From assembly GCA_963726255.1 (NCBI GenBank), contig CAVSBL010000002.1, positions 1,184,001-1,248,000 on the forward strand: 64,000 nucleotides of DNA, in the 5' to 3' direction. The DNA comes from Candidatus Bathyarchaeota archaeon (GTDB lineage: Archaea > Thermoproteota > Bathyarchaeia > 40CM-2-53-6). Positions 19,012 to 28,272 of this stretch are shown here, piece after piece. The translations under genes were made by a program, and so were the position numbers. A model generated the notes under the pieces. It searched no databases. It was not told the DNA's origin and saw nothing but the letters and a program-made list of their open reading frames with translations. Every line of letters begins with the position of its first letter. Positions within the stretch are counted from its first letter, which is position 1.

Positions 19012-19563
19012 TTACTTTAGGAATTTTGATACGAATGGTGATGTTTCGCCTTGTCGCATGAAGTGTCCGGATGGGCCTTCTCCTAGGAATTCGCTGAACC
19101 ATGATTCATGCTCTACTTCCTCGTTGAGGATTGCTAAGGATAGGTCGTAGGTGCGGTGGTCTTTGCCTGCTGTAATGTTGCAGATATGTGAATATCCTGC
19201 GACTGCACATCTCTCCGCATTCACCAGCACCGTCAACATTGCTTTGATGTCCGTTGGGTCTTTGGGCAGTCGTGCCGGTGGACATGCAGACAAGTCATGG
19301 AACACTTTCATGTCATCCGGGAGCTTGCCTCCGAGCTCGTATATGCGTGGGGTCAGTGCTTCGAAGTGATTGCGATCTTCTATTCGAGCTACTTCAGCAA
19401 GTTGCTTGATTCCCTCTCCTTCTAAGCCGATTAGATTGCATCTCAGTATAGTATAGTAGTAGAATGTTGTCAGTTCCGCGGCCATGTTCTTGACGAGTAG
19501 GTCCAGGAGTTGGTCAACGTTGACGCCCGCCTTCACCACCATTTCGCGTGCTACTCTAGCCAT
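19012..19563 (-). CDS. DPS-like (DPSL, thioferritin-type) ferritin-superfamily protein
   Basis: AELTTFYYY, EDRNHFE, SAC, AERCA, EEVEHESWF. Confidence 0.92.
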   Translation of the reverse strand: MARVAREMVVKAGVNVDQLLDLLVKNMAAELTTFYYYTILRCNLIGLEGEGIKQLAEVARIEDRNHFEALTPRIYELGGKLPDDMKVFHDLSACPPARLPKDPTDIKAMLTVLVNAERCAVAGYSHICNITAGKDHRTYDLSLAILNEEVEHESWFSEFLGEGPSGHFMRQGETSPFVSKFLK

Positions 19564-19631
19564 AATGTCACCTCCTTTATTTTGATCTGGAATAGTGTTT
19601 TGGGTCAGATGGACGCAGTTTCGATTGCCCT

Positions 19632-19799
19632 TCAGCGTTCTTTCTCAAGATAGTAAAGAACGAACTTTTCTGAGGACGGTGCGGGGTTTACGAGTCCGGT
19701 GGGCTCGACTACTTGATCCAATCTTATCGGAATAGCGTTGTCGGGGAGCTCTATCGTTTTATCCTTCCGAACCTCGATGACTCTTAACTTACTCTTCAT
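19632..19799 (-). CDS. Small hypothetical protein (55 aa) upstream of the DPSL gene
   Basis: Manual translation: MKSKLRVIEVRKDKTIELPDNAIPIRLDQVVEPTGLVNPAPSSEKFVLYYLEKER; co-oriented with DPSL; below the ORF-track cutoff. Confidence 0.55.
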   Translation of the reverse strand: MKSKLRVIEVRKDKTIELPDNAIPIRLDQVVEPTGLVNPAPSSEKFVLYYLEKER

Positions 19800-20011
19800 G
19801 GTAACTCAATATGAGTCTCACTGGAAGAGCAGATGGATAGTTTTCGGTCGGTTGCTACATCTGATAATCATCTTTCCAGTTGATTGGACAAATGACTATG
19901 GGACCAGGGCTACGGAATTTGACCAGCGTCAAGCAGGGCTTATTTGGACGACAAAGTGAGCAGCAGACGGACTCCCATCCACCGGCAGAAAGAAGGCAAA
20001 CCCTAACGAAT

Positions 20012-20578
20012 TCACGGACTCTTCAACGGGTACATATGACCAACTCGCAACATTATTACAGAGGCAATTAGTCCACCGACGCCTCCTGCAATGAAACCAA
20101 CACTGGCTACGGATGCAAGCAGAACGCTTGCTTGCATACCCATACCAGTACCCATCGAGCGCGTGCCTTCACGCATTAGCATGCCCATTCCCAACGTTGC
20201 AATAAGTAGGACGGCTATCGCGTTGCTCACGCCGCCTGCCAAGAAAGAGTAAGATAAGCTGAATAGTCTGGCAAAGGATTTGACATAGAAAAGCTCCAAT
20301 ACCAAGCCGACAGCGATGAAGATCGGAAGCGCCAGAAAACTGATAGGAACAAAGAACGACAGAATTAACCCATTGATTGCACTTGTTAGGAGAAGCGTTC
20401 CTCTCTTTTGAGTGACTGCACCCGCGATCATTATTGGAGCCATAATGACGGGACCAGCAAGAGTTGGCCCTGGTATGTGAAACGACATGTTGATTGTCGG
20501 ACCAATAGCTACGTGACAAATGGCAGCGATCACAGCCATAACTGGAACAATGGTGACATCTCTGGATGAGAGTCCCAA
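20012..20578 (-). CDS. Hydrophobic membrane protein, ECF S-component-like
   Basis: About 6 TM segments; N-terminal S.RD...(V/A)..A and K.G motifs are reminiscent of S components. Confidence 0.5.
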   Translation of the reverse strand: MGLSSRDVTIVPVMAVIAAICHVAIGPTINMSFHIPGPTLAGPVIMAPIMIAGAVTQKRGTLLLTSAINGLILSFFVPISFLALPIFIAVGLVLELFYVKSFARLFSLSYSFLAGGVSNAIAVLLIATLGMGMLMREGTRSMGTGMGMQASVLLASVASVGFIAGGVGGLIASVIMLRVGHMYPLKSP

Positions 20579-20691
20579 AGTGCTGCCCTCCGCTTCGACA
20601 TGATGGCTTGAGCTGTAAAAGCCTTGGTAAGCACAAATGCTTACATTTTACGAACATGTAGTCAACGCGGCTCGGGAATTGGAGATGACTG

Positions 20692-21111
20692 ATGACACGT
20701 ACGAAGCGGCCTAGAGTCTTGTTTACGGAAAGGCAATGGCAAGTTATGCGCCTTCGAGCAACAGGGCTAACTCAAGGGCAGGTCGCGAAGAGACTTCACA
20801 CCACCCGAGAAAACATAAGCATAATTGAACATCGAGCCCATGAGAATTTGAGAGCAGCCAGAACTACCTTGGCCATGTTAGACCAACTCTCTTCTTCAAA
20901 GGAACTCATCATTCCAAGCGGAACAAGCATCTTTGAAGCTACCTCCATGATACTGCGAAAGGCTGATGTAATGCAGATAAAAGTCAGAATGAACGCCGAC
21001 TCAATTCTAGCCGCCCTCCGGTCCAAGTGCAAAAGAAGGATACGGGGGCATCATTTGACCGCAGTTGTCAGAATTAGGATTGGCGAAGACGGCTCCGTGA
21101 TAGTAGGGTGA
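20692..21111 (+). CDS. Tfx-family DNA-binding protein
   Basis: TERQ..V..LR..G.TQ..VA..L.TTRENIS.IE.RA..N...A..T. Confidence 0.85.
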   Translation: MTRTKRPRVLFTERQWQVMRLRATGLTQGQVAKRLHTTRENISIIEHRAHENLRAARTTLAMLDQLSSSKELIIPSGTSIFEATSMILRKADVMQIKVRMNADSILAALRSKCKRRIRGHHLTAVVRIRIGEDGSVIVG

Positions 21112-21115
21112 AATC

Positions 21116-21634
21116 ATGCGGGCCGTAACATACGACCCAATAGGAGTGATACATTCTCCACTGAAAACGTCGTTTGGCGCGCCCTTGCAATCAGTGTCAG
21201 CTAAGCTCCTGAAAGGAACCGTGGAGGTTTTCCCGAAGTACGTGTCAGGGCTGAAGGACCTAACGGGATTCTCTCACTTGATTCTCATATACCACTTTCA
21301 CCTTTCTACCACGGCATCGCTAATAGTGAAACCCTATTTGGACAATGAGGAGCACGGGATCTTTGCCACTCGAGCGCCCGTTCGCCCCAATCCGATAGGA
21401 ATTTCCATAGTGAGACTGAGGAAGATCAGAGCGGGAACAATCTTCGTTCAAGACCTTGATGTGATTGACGGCACACCTCTCCTGGACATAAAACCGTACG
21501 TCCCACAGTTTGACGCCCGAAGAGTCCACAAGATAGGATGGCTTGATCGAAAGATAAGCAAACTCCAGCGAACAAGGTCCGACGGAAGATTCACTAAGAA
21601 CCCTTTGCGAAAGCACGTTCCCTTCGTGCGCTGA
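21116..21634 (+). CDS. tsaA: tRNA m6t6A37 methyltransferase TrmO/TsaA
   Basis: PIG.IHSP, GFSH, GIFATRAP.RPNPIG, LD.IDGTP.LDIKPY. Confidence 0.9.
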   Translation: MRAVTYDPIGVIHSPLKTSFGAPLQSVSAKLLKGTVEVFPKYVSGLKDLTGFSHLILIYHFHLSTTASLIVKPYLDNEEHGIFATRAPVRPNPIGISIVRLRKIRAGTIFVQDLDVIDGTPLLDIKPYVPQFDARRVHKIGWLDRKISKLQRTRSDGRFTKNPLRKHVPFVR

Positions 21635-21857
21635 CGATGCACGGGAGCTTCATGTTCTCCACCCGCCTTCGGGACGAGTATCATATCTTCGAGAATCAGC
21701 CCCGTTTGACTCAGAAAACTACTCCACCAGCCTGAGGGGTACGTCCAAGCGTGCGCACGGCGGGGCTACGCTATTCTTGTTCCACCAAAAGTTCGTCCCT
21801 TACGCGGATGTTGCGGGGTTCGTTGGCAACAGACAACGTTTTGGAACATGAAGAATT

Positions 21858-21883
21858 AACAACGGTTATTATCAGCCGTTGTT
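21858..21883. promoter_or_regulatory. Inverted repeat AACAACGG-N10-CCGTTGTT straddling a TATA-like box upstream of mrp/apbC
   Basis: Perfect 8-bp arms around TTATTATCAG, ending 36 nt before the ATG. Confidence 0.55.
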
Positions 21884-21919
21884 TGCTGATAGCGCGACAC
21901 AAGTCTAGGGAATAGAAGA

Positions 21920-24238
21920 ATGGTTTCAAAGGATGAGGTCATGGCGGCGCTAAAGGACGTCATAGACCCGGAGCTTCACATCTCCATAGTTAACCTCCAA
22001 ATGGTAAAGAACGTTGACATCACCGGCGACAAGGTGAAGGTGCTCGTCGCCCTCACCGTAGGTGGTTGCCCACTCTCCAAGACAATTTCCACGGACATTG
22101 AGAATGCAGTAACCAAGCTACCTGGCGTCAAGGCCGTTGACGTTGAAACAACTGTGATGACGAAGCAAGAACTCGAAAACCTGCGCAAGAAGATCCAAGA
22201 CCAGATGGCTGCGGCTCAAGCTCAAAAGGCAGCTCCTGGCGCCATGCCCCCCGGAATAAACCGCTTAGAACGGAAGGGCGTCCGAAATGTCATTGCAATA
22301 ATGTCCGGGAAAGGCGGGGTTGGAAAATCCTTCGTAACAGGATTCCTGGCTGTGCAGCTGACAAGGCTAGGGTACAAGGTGGGCATCCTCGACGCAGACA
22401 TAACAGGCCCAAGCATAGCGAAAATGTTCGGCCTGAAAGGCCCACTCTTCGTAACCGCCGACAAACACGTACTCCCCGCAACCACTCGCACCGGCATCAA
22501 GGTCGTTTCCATGAACCTCATACTCGAAGAACCACAAATGCCAGTAATCGTACGAGGCCCAATCATCAACAGCGTCATACGACAAATGTTCCAAGACATC
22601 GAATGGGGAGACCTCCACTTCCTACTCGTAGATTTGCCGCCCGGCTGTCTCTCTGCTGACACGACTGTCTACGCCAATAGTAGACCGGTGAAGATCTCAA
22701 GAATCAAGCCAGGTGATTACGTGTACTCGGTCAACGCACGGATTACACGCCCCAAAAAAAGCAACAAATTGGACGTCTCCCTGGAACGCAGGAGAGTCAT
22801 TGAGGTTGTTCCACAAGGTGAGTCGGAAGTATTCGAGCTTCGAACACACTCTCGCACGCTAAAGGCTACCTTTAACCATCCAGTCCTCGCGCTGAATAGG
22901 ACGCCCGTGCCAGGATCACGGTTCAAAGACTACACTCTGACATGGCGAAACATTTCGGACCTAAAACGTAGAGACATAATCGCGGTTGTAAGGAAACTTC
23001 CTAACCGACAAACGTCCTCGTATGTTTTGCCAAGAGCTGAATTGAAGGGAGCCAAGCCGATCAGAATACCACGTCGTTCAAGTGAAGAGTTCGCACGCCT
23101 TGTCGGTTATTTCCTGGGAGATGGCTTCCTGAGAATAACGCCCAAGACTAGAACCTACCAGCTCTTGTTCGCTGAACCAAGACAAGGAAAACACAGGCGA
23201 TCCTACATCAAGCTCTTGAAACGAATCTTCGGAGACGTAGCAATCTATGAGGAAGATAATCAGTTCGGACTGATTTCGAGACCCGCTGTCGAACTCTTCA
23301 GAAAACTCGGCCTTTACCGACACGCTCTTGACAAGAGGGTACCCGAATGGGCGTTTGAGCTGCCGAGAGCCCAGAAATTAGCGATTATCGAAGGATATTG
23401 CGATGCCGATGGCCATAGGAGATCGGCTCGGCCATTGTTTAGGCGGGCGGGGTGGATGAATTTTGAATCGCCTAACAGGCTGCTCTTAGATGACCTTAGG
23501 ACGCTCTGCATAATGGCCGGTCTGAGAGTAACAAACCTCAATTCAAGAGTCAGGTCGCTCACACCTCCGTCAGGCGGAACCTACACTACCAGATTCTGGT
23601 CCTTTGAGGCATCAGCTAGTTCGCGTTCAGATAAGTACGGAGCTGGCATGATCCGAGTTGGAACGGGGGAAGGACTCATTGACGAATATGTTGGTTTCGA
23701 GCGAGTAACACGAATCATTCCACTTGGAAGACAGCAAGTCTACGACCTGAAAGTAGCTAATAACGAGAACTTCATCGCGGATGGAATTATCGTTCACAAC
23801 ACTTCGGATGCTCCGTTGACGGTTTTCCAGTCGCTTCCATTGCAGGGGGTTGTCGTGGTTACGACCCCTCAGGACCTCGCCCTGATGGTCGTCAGCAAAG
23901 CGATCAACATGGCGAAGACCCTCAGCGAACAACTCGCACCCGTGAAGATTCTCGGCCTAATCGAGAACATGAGCTACCTAGTCTGCCCGCACTGTGGGGA
24001 AAAAATCGAAGTCTTCGGCCGAAGCAAAGCACCCGAGGCAGCCAAGAAGACCGGTATACCGTACCTGGGCGCCGTCCCAATAGACCCAGAAATCGCCAAA
24101 CTGGCTGACGAAGGCAAAATCGAGGACTATGCTAACCCACTCTTCGAAGAGGTCACGAGGGCGATCAGAACGAACGCAACTAGACTCCTTGAACCAATCC
24201 CTGGTGCCATGCCGATCGCATGGTCAGAGCAGAAGTAA
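21920..24238 (+). CDS. apbC: Mrp/NBP35 (ApbC) Fe-S carrier ATPase with N-terminal MIP18/DUF59 domain, intein-containing
   Basis: DPEL...T..GCP domain; GKGGVGKS; DADITGPS; DLPPG[intein]TSD; TTPQ; ENMS...CPHC. Confidence 0.92.
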   Translation: MVSKDEVMAALKDVIDPELHISIVNLQMVKNVDITGDKVKVLVALTVGGCPLSKTISTDIENAVTKLPGVKAVDVETTVMTKQELENLRKKIQDQMAAAQAQKAAPGAMPPGINRLERKGVRNVIAIMSGKGGVGKSFVTGFLAVQLTRLGYKVGILDADITGPSIAKMFGLKGPLFVTADKHVLPATTRTGIKVVSMNLILEEPQMPVIVRGPIINSVIRQMFQDIEWGDLHFLLVDLPPGCLSADTTVYANSRPVKISRIKPGDYVYSVNARITRPKKSNKLDVSLERRRVIEVVPQGESEVFELRTHSRTLKATFNHPVLALNRTPVPGSRFKDYTLTWRNISDLKRRDIIAVVRKLPNRQTSSYVLPRAELKGAKPIRIPRRSSEEFARLVGYFLGDGFLRITPKTRTYQLLFAEPRQGKHRRSYIKLLKRIFGDVAIYEEDNQFGLISRPAVELFRKLGLYRHALDKRVPEWAFELPRAQKLAIIEGYCDADGHRRSARPLFRRAGWMNFESPNRLLLDDLRTLCIMAGLRVTNLNSRVRSLTPPSGGTYTTRFWSFEASASSRSDKYGAGMIRVGTGEGLIDEYVGFERVTRIIPLGRQQVYDLKVANNENFIADGIIVHNTSDAPLTVFQSLPLQGVVVVTTPQDLALMVVSKAINMAKTLSEQLAPVKILGLIENMSYLVCPHCGEKIEVFGRSKAPEAAKKTGIPYLGAVPIDPEIAKLADEGKIEDYANPLFEEVTRAIRTNATRLLEPIPGAMPIAWSEQK
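22646..23800 (+). mobile_element. Intein (385 aa) with LAGLIDADG homing endonuclease
   Basis: Starts CLSADT; block B ATFNHP; LVGYFLGDG and IIEGYCDADG; ends VYDLKV...NFIADGIIVHN; +1 residue Thr. Confidence 0.95.
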
Positions 24239-24341
24239 GCCTCGAATGGAACGGACTAATGTTAATAGGGGAGCGAAATGTCGAATGCATACAGAAACGA
24301 AGAGAACAATCGATTTCGAATTGGAGAGGTGAAATTGAAGC

Positions 24342-24644
24342 ATGGTAACTAAGGAAGAAGTCATCACGGTTTTGAAGGATTGTTACGACCCGGAAATTCC
24401 AATCAATATCTGGGACCTAGGCCTAGTCTACGACATCATCCTCCAACAAGACGGCAACGTCGGCATCAAGATGACGCTTACCGCACCAGGGTGCATGATG
24501 GGCGGTATGATTGCTGAGGAAGTGAAGGCGAAACTCAAAGCTATGAGCGGGGTGAAGGACGCGAAGGTTGATCTTGTCTGGGAACCCCCATGGAGCCCCG
24601 ATAAGATGAGTGAAGAAGCAAAGGCCCAGATGGGTATAGCGTAG
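24342..24644 (+). CDS. MIP18/DUF59 (SufT-like) metal-sulfur cluster assembly factor
   Basis: DPEIPINIWDLGLVY, MTLTAPGC, VWEPPW...MSE.A. Confidence 0.9.
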   Translation: MVTKEEVITVLKDCYDPEIPINIWDLGLVYDIILQQDGNVGIKMTLTAPGCMMGGMIAEEVKAKLKAMSGVKDAKVDLVWEPPWSPDKMSEEAKAQMGIA

Positions 24645-24676
24645 ACTGGGCCGTTTTCTTTCTATTCCGCCACTCT

Positions 24677-25243
24677 CTAGTTTGACTCATGTCGCCTTTG
24701 AATCCGCATTTCCTCTACGAGTGCCCAGGTCTTTCCGTTATCCTGCTTTTCTTCGGCGCGCCACCGGAAGGAGTCCGAAGTAATCTCGGAAAAGATCCAT
24801 TTTACCGGGTACCCTTCAGCCGTCTTACCTTCTAGCACGATTTCATCGCCAACTTGACGTGCTACGAAAGTTTTGACAGTTCCCTGGTTTGGAGAGAGCC
24901 AGACGCTGTGCCACGCGTCGATCCTCCTGTCGTAAAATCTAACAGTCGTCCCTTCGGGAATCAACTTGCCCGTTTTTTCATCAATCCACATCCACACGTC
25001 CTGAACGGCTCTGCCGTCAAGGATCCATCCCCAATGAAGCTCTCCTCTTGTTGTGGTCCAAGTTCCGTCCGGCTGCAAGGAACGGTCCTGTAAGATGTCC
25101 CAGTCTCCCACGAACTGGCCGAAAAGCATCAGGTTCTCCTTCATTTCTGGATTGGCGCCTTCAGCAAAGAGGCCTTCAATCGCACGATTCTTGCCTTTCA
25201 TCTTGTGATTATCCTCGCTACACGAAGGATACTTTGTAAGCAC
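24677..25243 (-). CDS. Conserved hypothetical beta-rich protein (start probably about 25201)
   Basis: Trp-rich pattern FGQFVGDW...WILDGRAVQD...GTT.R.YD; function unknown. Confidence 0.6.
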   Translation of the reverse strand: MLTKYPSCSEDNHKMKGKNRAIEGLFAEGANPEMKENLMLFGQFVGDWDILQDRSLQPDGTWTTTRGELHWGWILDGRAVQDVWMWIDEKTGKLIPEGTTVRFYDRRIDAWHSVWLSPNQGTVKTFVARQVGDEIVLEGKTAEGYPVKWIFSEITSDSFRWRAEEKQDNGKTWALVEEMRIQRRHESN

Positions 25244-25309
25244 GGTATATTTCTGGTGCCGTCATTTTACGGCTATAGACCTTTAATGCAACTGGCCGCA
25301 AGATCTCGT

Positions 25310-25492
25310 ATGGCACATTTCGAAGTAGCCTTCAAACTCCAAAATGATTGTCCGTACAATGCGTTTTCTAAGACTAGCATATCCACGACGATCAGGTGGA
25401 TCCACCCGTTGAGGGGTGGTGCCAAACGGTGCCAAGCGAAGGTAACCCTCGCCTCATTTTACGCCTCGATCCCCTCATACGAAGCGGTTTAG
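25310..25492 (+). pseudogene. Possible truncated N-terminus of a bacterio-opsin-activator-type HTH regulator
   Basis: MAHFEVAFKLQNDCPYNAFSK resembles the E..F...HDCP start of archaeal Bat-HTH proteins, then degenerates. Confidence 0.3.
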
Positions 25493-25547
25493 AGACCCGG
25501 ACCATGTCGAGAATGCTGTTTGGCCGAGCGAACCAGCGTGAGTGGTT

Positions 25548-25712
25548 CTATTTAGCGCCCAGCTCACGTTTCTTCCAGCGCAGGTTGTGGCCGTGGCATT
25601 TCCTGCAGCGGTTAGATGGACCAGGGTTGCGTGCGCCGCAGTCGCGGCAAACCTTGTAGTGCAACCTGACCTTCTGCGCTAGCTGTTTCTTCACGACATC
25701 AGTGATAGGCAT
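25548..25712 (-). CDS. rpl40e: 50S ribosomal protein L40e
   Basis: MPITD...KVCRDCGARNP....CRKC...NLRWKK (54 aa from ATG 25712). Confidence 0.95.
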   Translation of the reverse strand: MPITDVVKKQLAQKVRLHYKVCRDCGARNPGPSNRCRKCHGHNLRWKKRELGAK

Positions 25713-25818
25713 GCGTGATTCCCTTGAAACGAATTCGCTACGTGAAGCGAAAAGAGGCATATATACCATGCGTTGACAAAACCCCGAAAACTCAACTCTA
25801 ATCCAAGGGACTGGGGCG

Positions 25819-26388
25819 ATACCGACGCAAACTGGAGATTCGCTGGACAAAATCACACGCGAGGTCTTAGCCTGTAGGAAATGCCGCCTTTGCGAGACAA
25901 GGAAGAATGCAGTCCCAGGTGAGGGCTCGACAACAGCCAAGGTAATGTTTGTCGGGGAAGCTCCGGGAGAGCAAGAGGACATTCAGGGTCGCCCGTTTGT
26001 GGGCTCTGCTGGAAAACTTCTGACCGAACTTCTCGCGTCGGTGAATTTGCGGCGAGAGGACGTCTACATCACCAATATTGCAAAGTGTAGGCCGCCCAAC
26101 AACAGGCCACCCAGAAAGGATGAAGCGGGAGCTTGCAGACCTTACCTCGACCGGCAGATCGCTTTACTTCAAGCCAAAGTCATTTGCCCAATGGGCAATT
26201 CAGCCATACATGCGCTGATGGATTCAGATGGCTCTGTCACGGAGCTTCACGGTATCCCCTTCGAGGTTGGGGCGATAACCTACTTTCCAATGTACCACCC
26301 CGCCGCCGCACTATACACCTTCAGCCTCAGGAACGTAATGCAGGAAGATTTCAAGAAGTTACGGGCGCTTCTCGACTCTGTGGCCTAG
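25819..26388 (+). CDS. udg: Family-4 uracil-DNA glycosylase (Fe-S); start appears non-canonical (ATA 25819 or CTG 25843)
   Basis: CRKC.L...R...VPGEG lies in frame upstream of the first ATG (25945); GEAPG, GRPFVG, KCRPP.NR.P and HPAA motifs. Confidence 0.9.
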   Translation: MPTQTGDSLDKITREVLACRKCRLCETRKNAVPGEGSTTAKVMFVGEAPGEQEDIQGRPFVGSAGKLLTELLASVNLRREDVYITNIAKCRPPNNRPPRKDEAGACRPYLDRQIALLQAKVICPMGNSAIHALMDSDGSVTELHGIPFEVGAITYFPMYHPAAALYTFSLRNVMQEDFKKLRALLDSVA

Positions 26389-27362
26389 TCTTCTTCGAAG
26401 ACCGGCTTATTCCCTAGTACCTTGTCGATTCGCTCCATAGCTTCCGGGCTCAGCTTTGAAGCAACTTCTGGCGCCTTCATATTCTCCTCCACCTGCTCCG
26501 GCCGCGTTGCCCCCGTAATCACGGTGCTCACGAACGGGTTCTTGAGGCACCACGCCAACGCCAACTGCGCCATCGTGCAGCCCAGTTCAGTTGCGAATGG
26601 TTGGAGCTGTTTCACCTTGTCAATGTTCTGCGGCGTGAGAATGAATTCCTTCAGCCACTCGTAGCCCTGAAGCGAAGCCCGCGTTCCCGCAGGAATACCC
26701 TTGTTATACTTGCCCGTCAGCAACCCCGACAGTAAGGGGCTCCAAATCGTCGTCCCCAAACCGATTTCACGGTACAGGGGCAGGTACTCCTTCTCCACCC
26801 GGTCCCGGTGCAACATGTTGTATTGTGGCTGCTCCATTTGCGGCGGAGTCAAGTGGATTTCACGGGCGATGCCGTACGCCCGCATGATATCAGCCGCAGT
26901 CCACTCCGAAGTCCCCCAGTACAAAATCAAACCCTGATGGACCAAGTCGTCCATAGCGCGTACTGTCTCCTCAATCGGAGTACTCGGGTCGGGGCGGTGG
27001 CAGAAGAACAAGTCCAGGTAATCGAGCTGCAAGTGTTTCAGGGACCTGCGACAAGCTTCGTAAATGTGCTTCCGGGACAGGCCTCTGTCGTTTGGGCCTT
27101 GTCCACCCCAGAAGACCTTACTGGATACGATGTAACTCTCACGCGGCCACCCCATCTTTTTCAGAACATTACCCATAACTTTCTCCGCATTTCCAGCGGC
27201 GTAGGCTTCCGCATTATCGAAGAAATTCACGCCAGCATCATAGGCCGCTGACATGCACTTGAGCGCGGCGTCCTCGCCAACTTGACCGCCGTACGTGACC
27301 CAGGCCCCTAGCGAGAGCTCGCTAACCTTCAACCCAGCGCTACCAAGACGCCTGTAATTCAT
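26385..27362 (-). CDS. Aldo/keto reductase (Kv-beta-like)
   Basis: MNYRRLG..GLKVS, FDNAEAY, SKVFWG, HRPD, WGTSEW, WSPL..G.LTGKY. Confidence 0.92.
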   Translation of the reverse strand: MNYRRLGSAGLKVSELSLGAWVTYGGQVGEDAALKCMSAAYDAGVNFFDNAEAYAAGNAEKVMGNVLKKMGWPRESYIVSSKVFWGGQGPNDRGLSRKHIYEACRRSLKHLQLDYLDLFFCHRPDPSTPIEETVRAMDDLVHQGLILYWGTSEWTAADIMRAYGIAREIHLTPPQMEQPQYNMLHRDRVEKEYLPLYREIGLGTTIWSPLLSGLLTGKYNKGIPAGTRASLQGYEWLKEFILTPQNIDKVKQLQPFATELGCTMAQLALAWCLKNPFVSTVITGATRPEQVEENMKAPEVASKLSPEAMERIDKVLGNKPVFEED

Positions 27363-27444
27363 TGGTACATCACACTCCCCCAATTAGGGCCGCCATATTA
27401 ACGCGGTGCCAACTCGAGGCCCGAAACGAGCTTAGTAATCGGAA

Positions 27445-27987
27445 TCATTTGTCTGCGGCAATGGCCCTAGAGAAATCTCCAACCTTCGGGCTGAAGTAAA
27501 GGTCGAACACAAAGTTCACGGTCGATAGGACGAGGAGAAATACGGCGAGCACCGTTGGCAAATCTCGAAAGGAAGTGACAGCAACGAGGAATGGGAGTAT
27601 CATTGATGCTATGGCTCCTGAGCCAAACATCGCAAAGCGTCCCCCGCGGCGGACTGACCCAAGTGATTCTCGTTCAACATTCAACCTCAAGACAGGTATC
27701 CTTGAGGCCGCCATGCCTAGGAATGGAATCTTTAGTTTGTATGCGGCAGACCTTCCAAGCGAGTAATAGCGAAACCTCACGCCAACCAACCTCCCTACCA
27801 CGTAGTGTACAAGACTGTGGGGGAAGAATTCCATGCAACCCCAGGCCAGCAGGTACAGGGCAAATTTCAGTGGAAGGGCAGCAACTTCAGGAGCGATCAG
27901 AATCAGGTACATAGCGAAGAGTATGCCAGCTACCTCAACTAGGTTACCAACCGCTGTGGGAATCCTTGTTTTGGCTAAAGTAGACAC
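27445..27987 (-). CDS. Hypothetical membrane protein with an M50-like HxxxH motif
   Basis: 4 TM segments; HSLVH...G..G; C-terminal SPK.GD. Confidence 0.55.
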   Translation of the reverse strand: MSTLAKTRIPTAVGNLVEVAGILFAMYLILIAPEVAALPLKFALYLLAWGCMEFFPHSLVHYVVGRLVGVRFRYYSLGRSAAYKLKIPFLGMAASRIPVLRLNVERESLGSVRRGGRFAMFGSGAIASMILPFLVAVTSFRDLPTVLAVFLLVLSTVNFVFDLYFSPKVGDFSRAIAADK

Positions 27988-28009
27988 CGAGTAATGGCCG
28001 GCCCCCGGC

Positions 28010-28186
28010 TCACCATCTCTTGTAGTACTTGCTGCGGTTCCCGCAACGCGAGCAAGTCGCGTCTCGGTATTGTTTGCCGACCATCTGTTTTTTCCTTTCC
28101 CAGCTCAGATTATGCTTTGTTTCAGCCCGGCACTTTGAACAGTACAGGTTGACCCATTCCACCAAGCCCAGACCTCTCTCCGCATT
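28010..28186 (-). CDS. Small CxxC...CxxC zinc-finger protein (50-58 aa)
   Basis: Manual translation: (MRREVWGL)VEWVNLYCSKCRAETKHNLSWERKKQMVGKQYRDATCSRCGNRSKYYKRW; GAGGT SD precedes TTG/GTG at 28165/28162. Confidence 0.65.
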   Translation of the reverse strand, partial: NAERGLGLVEWVNLYCSKCRAETKHNLSWERKKQMVGKQYRDATCSRCGNRSKYYKRW

Positions 28187-28272
28187 GTGCAGGTTTGTTT
28201 AGTTATTTTAGTTCGCACACATGGGCACCCGGGATTTGGAATTCTGGCGTCAGCATTAGCAAGTTGTTGTGT

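Noticed and set aside
25548-25982. 144-aa N-terminally extended L40e (ubiquitin-fusion-like)
   Set aside because: The extension is the antisense of udg and has no ubiquitin-like features; L40e starts at ATG 25712.
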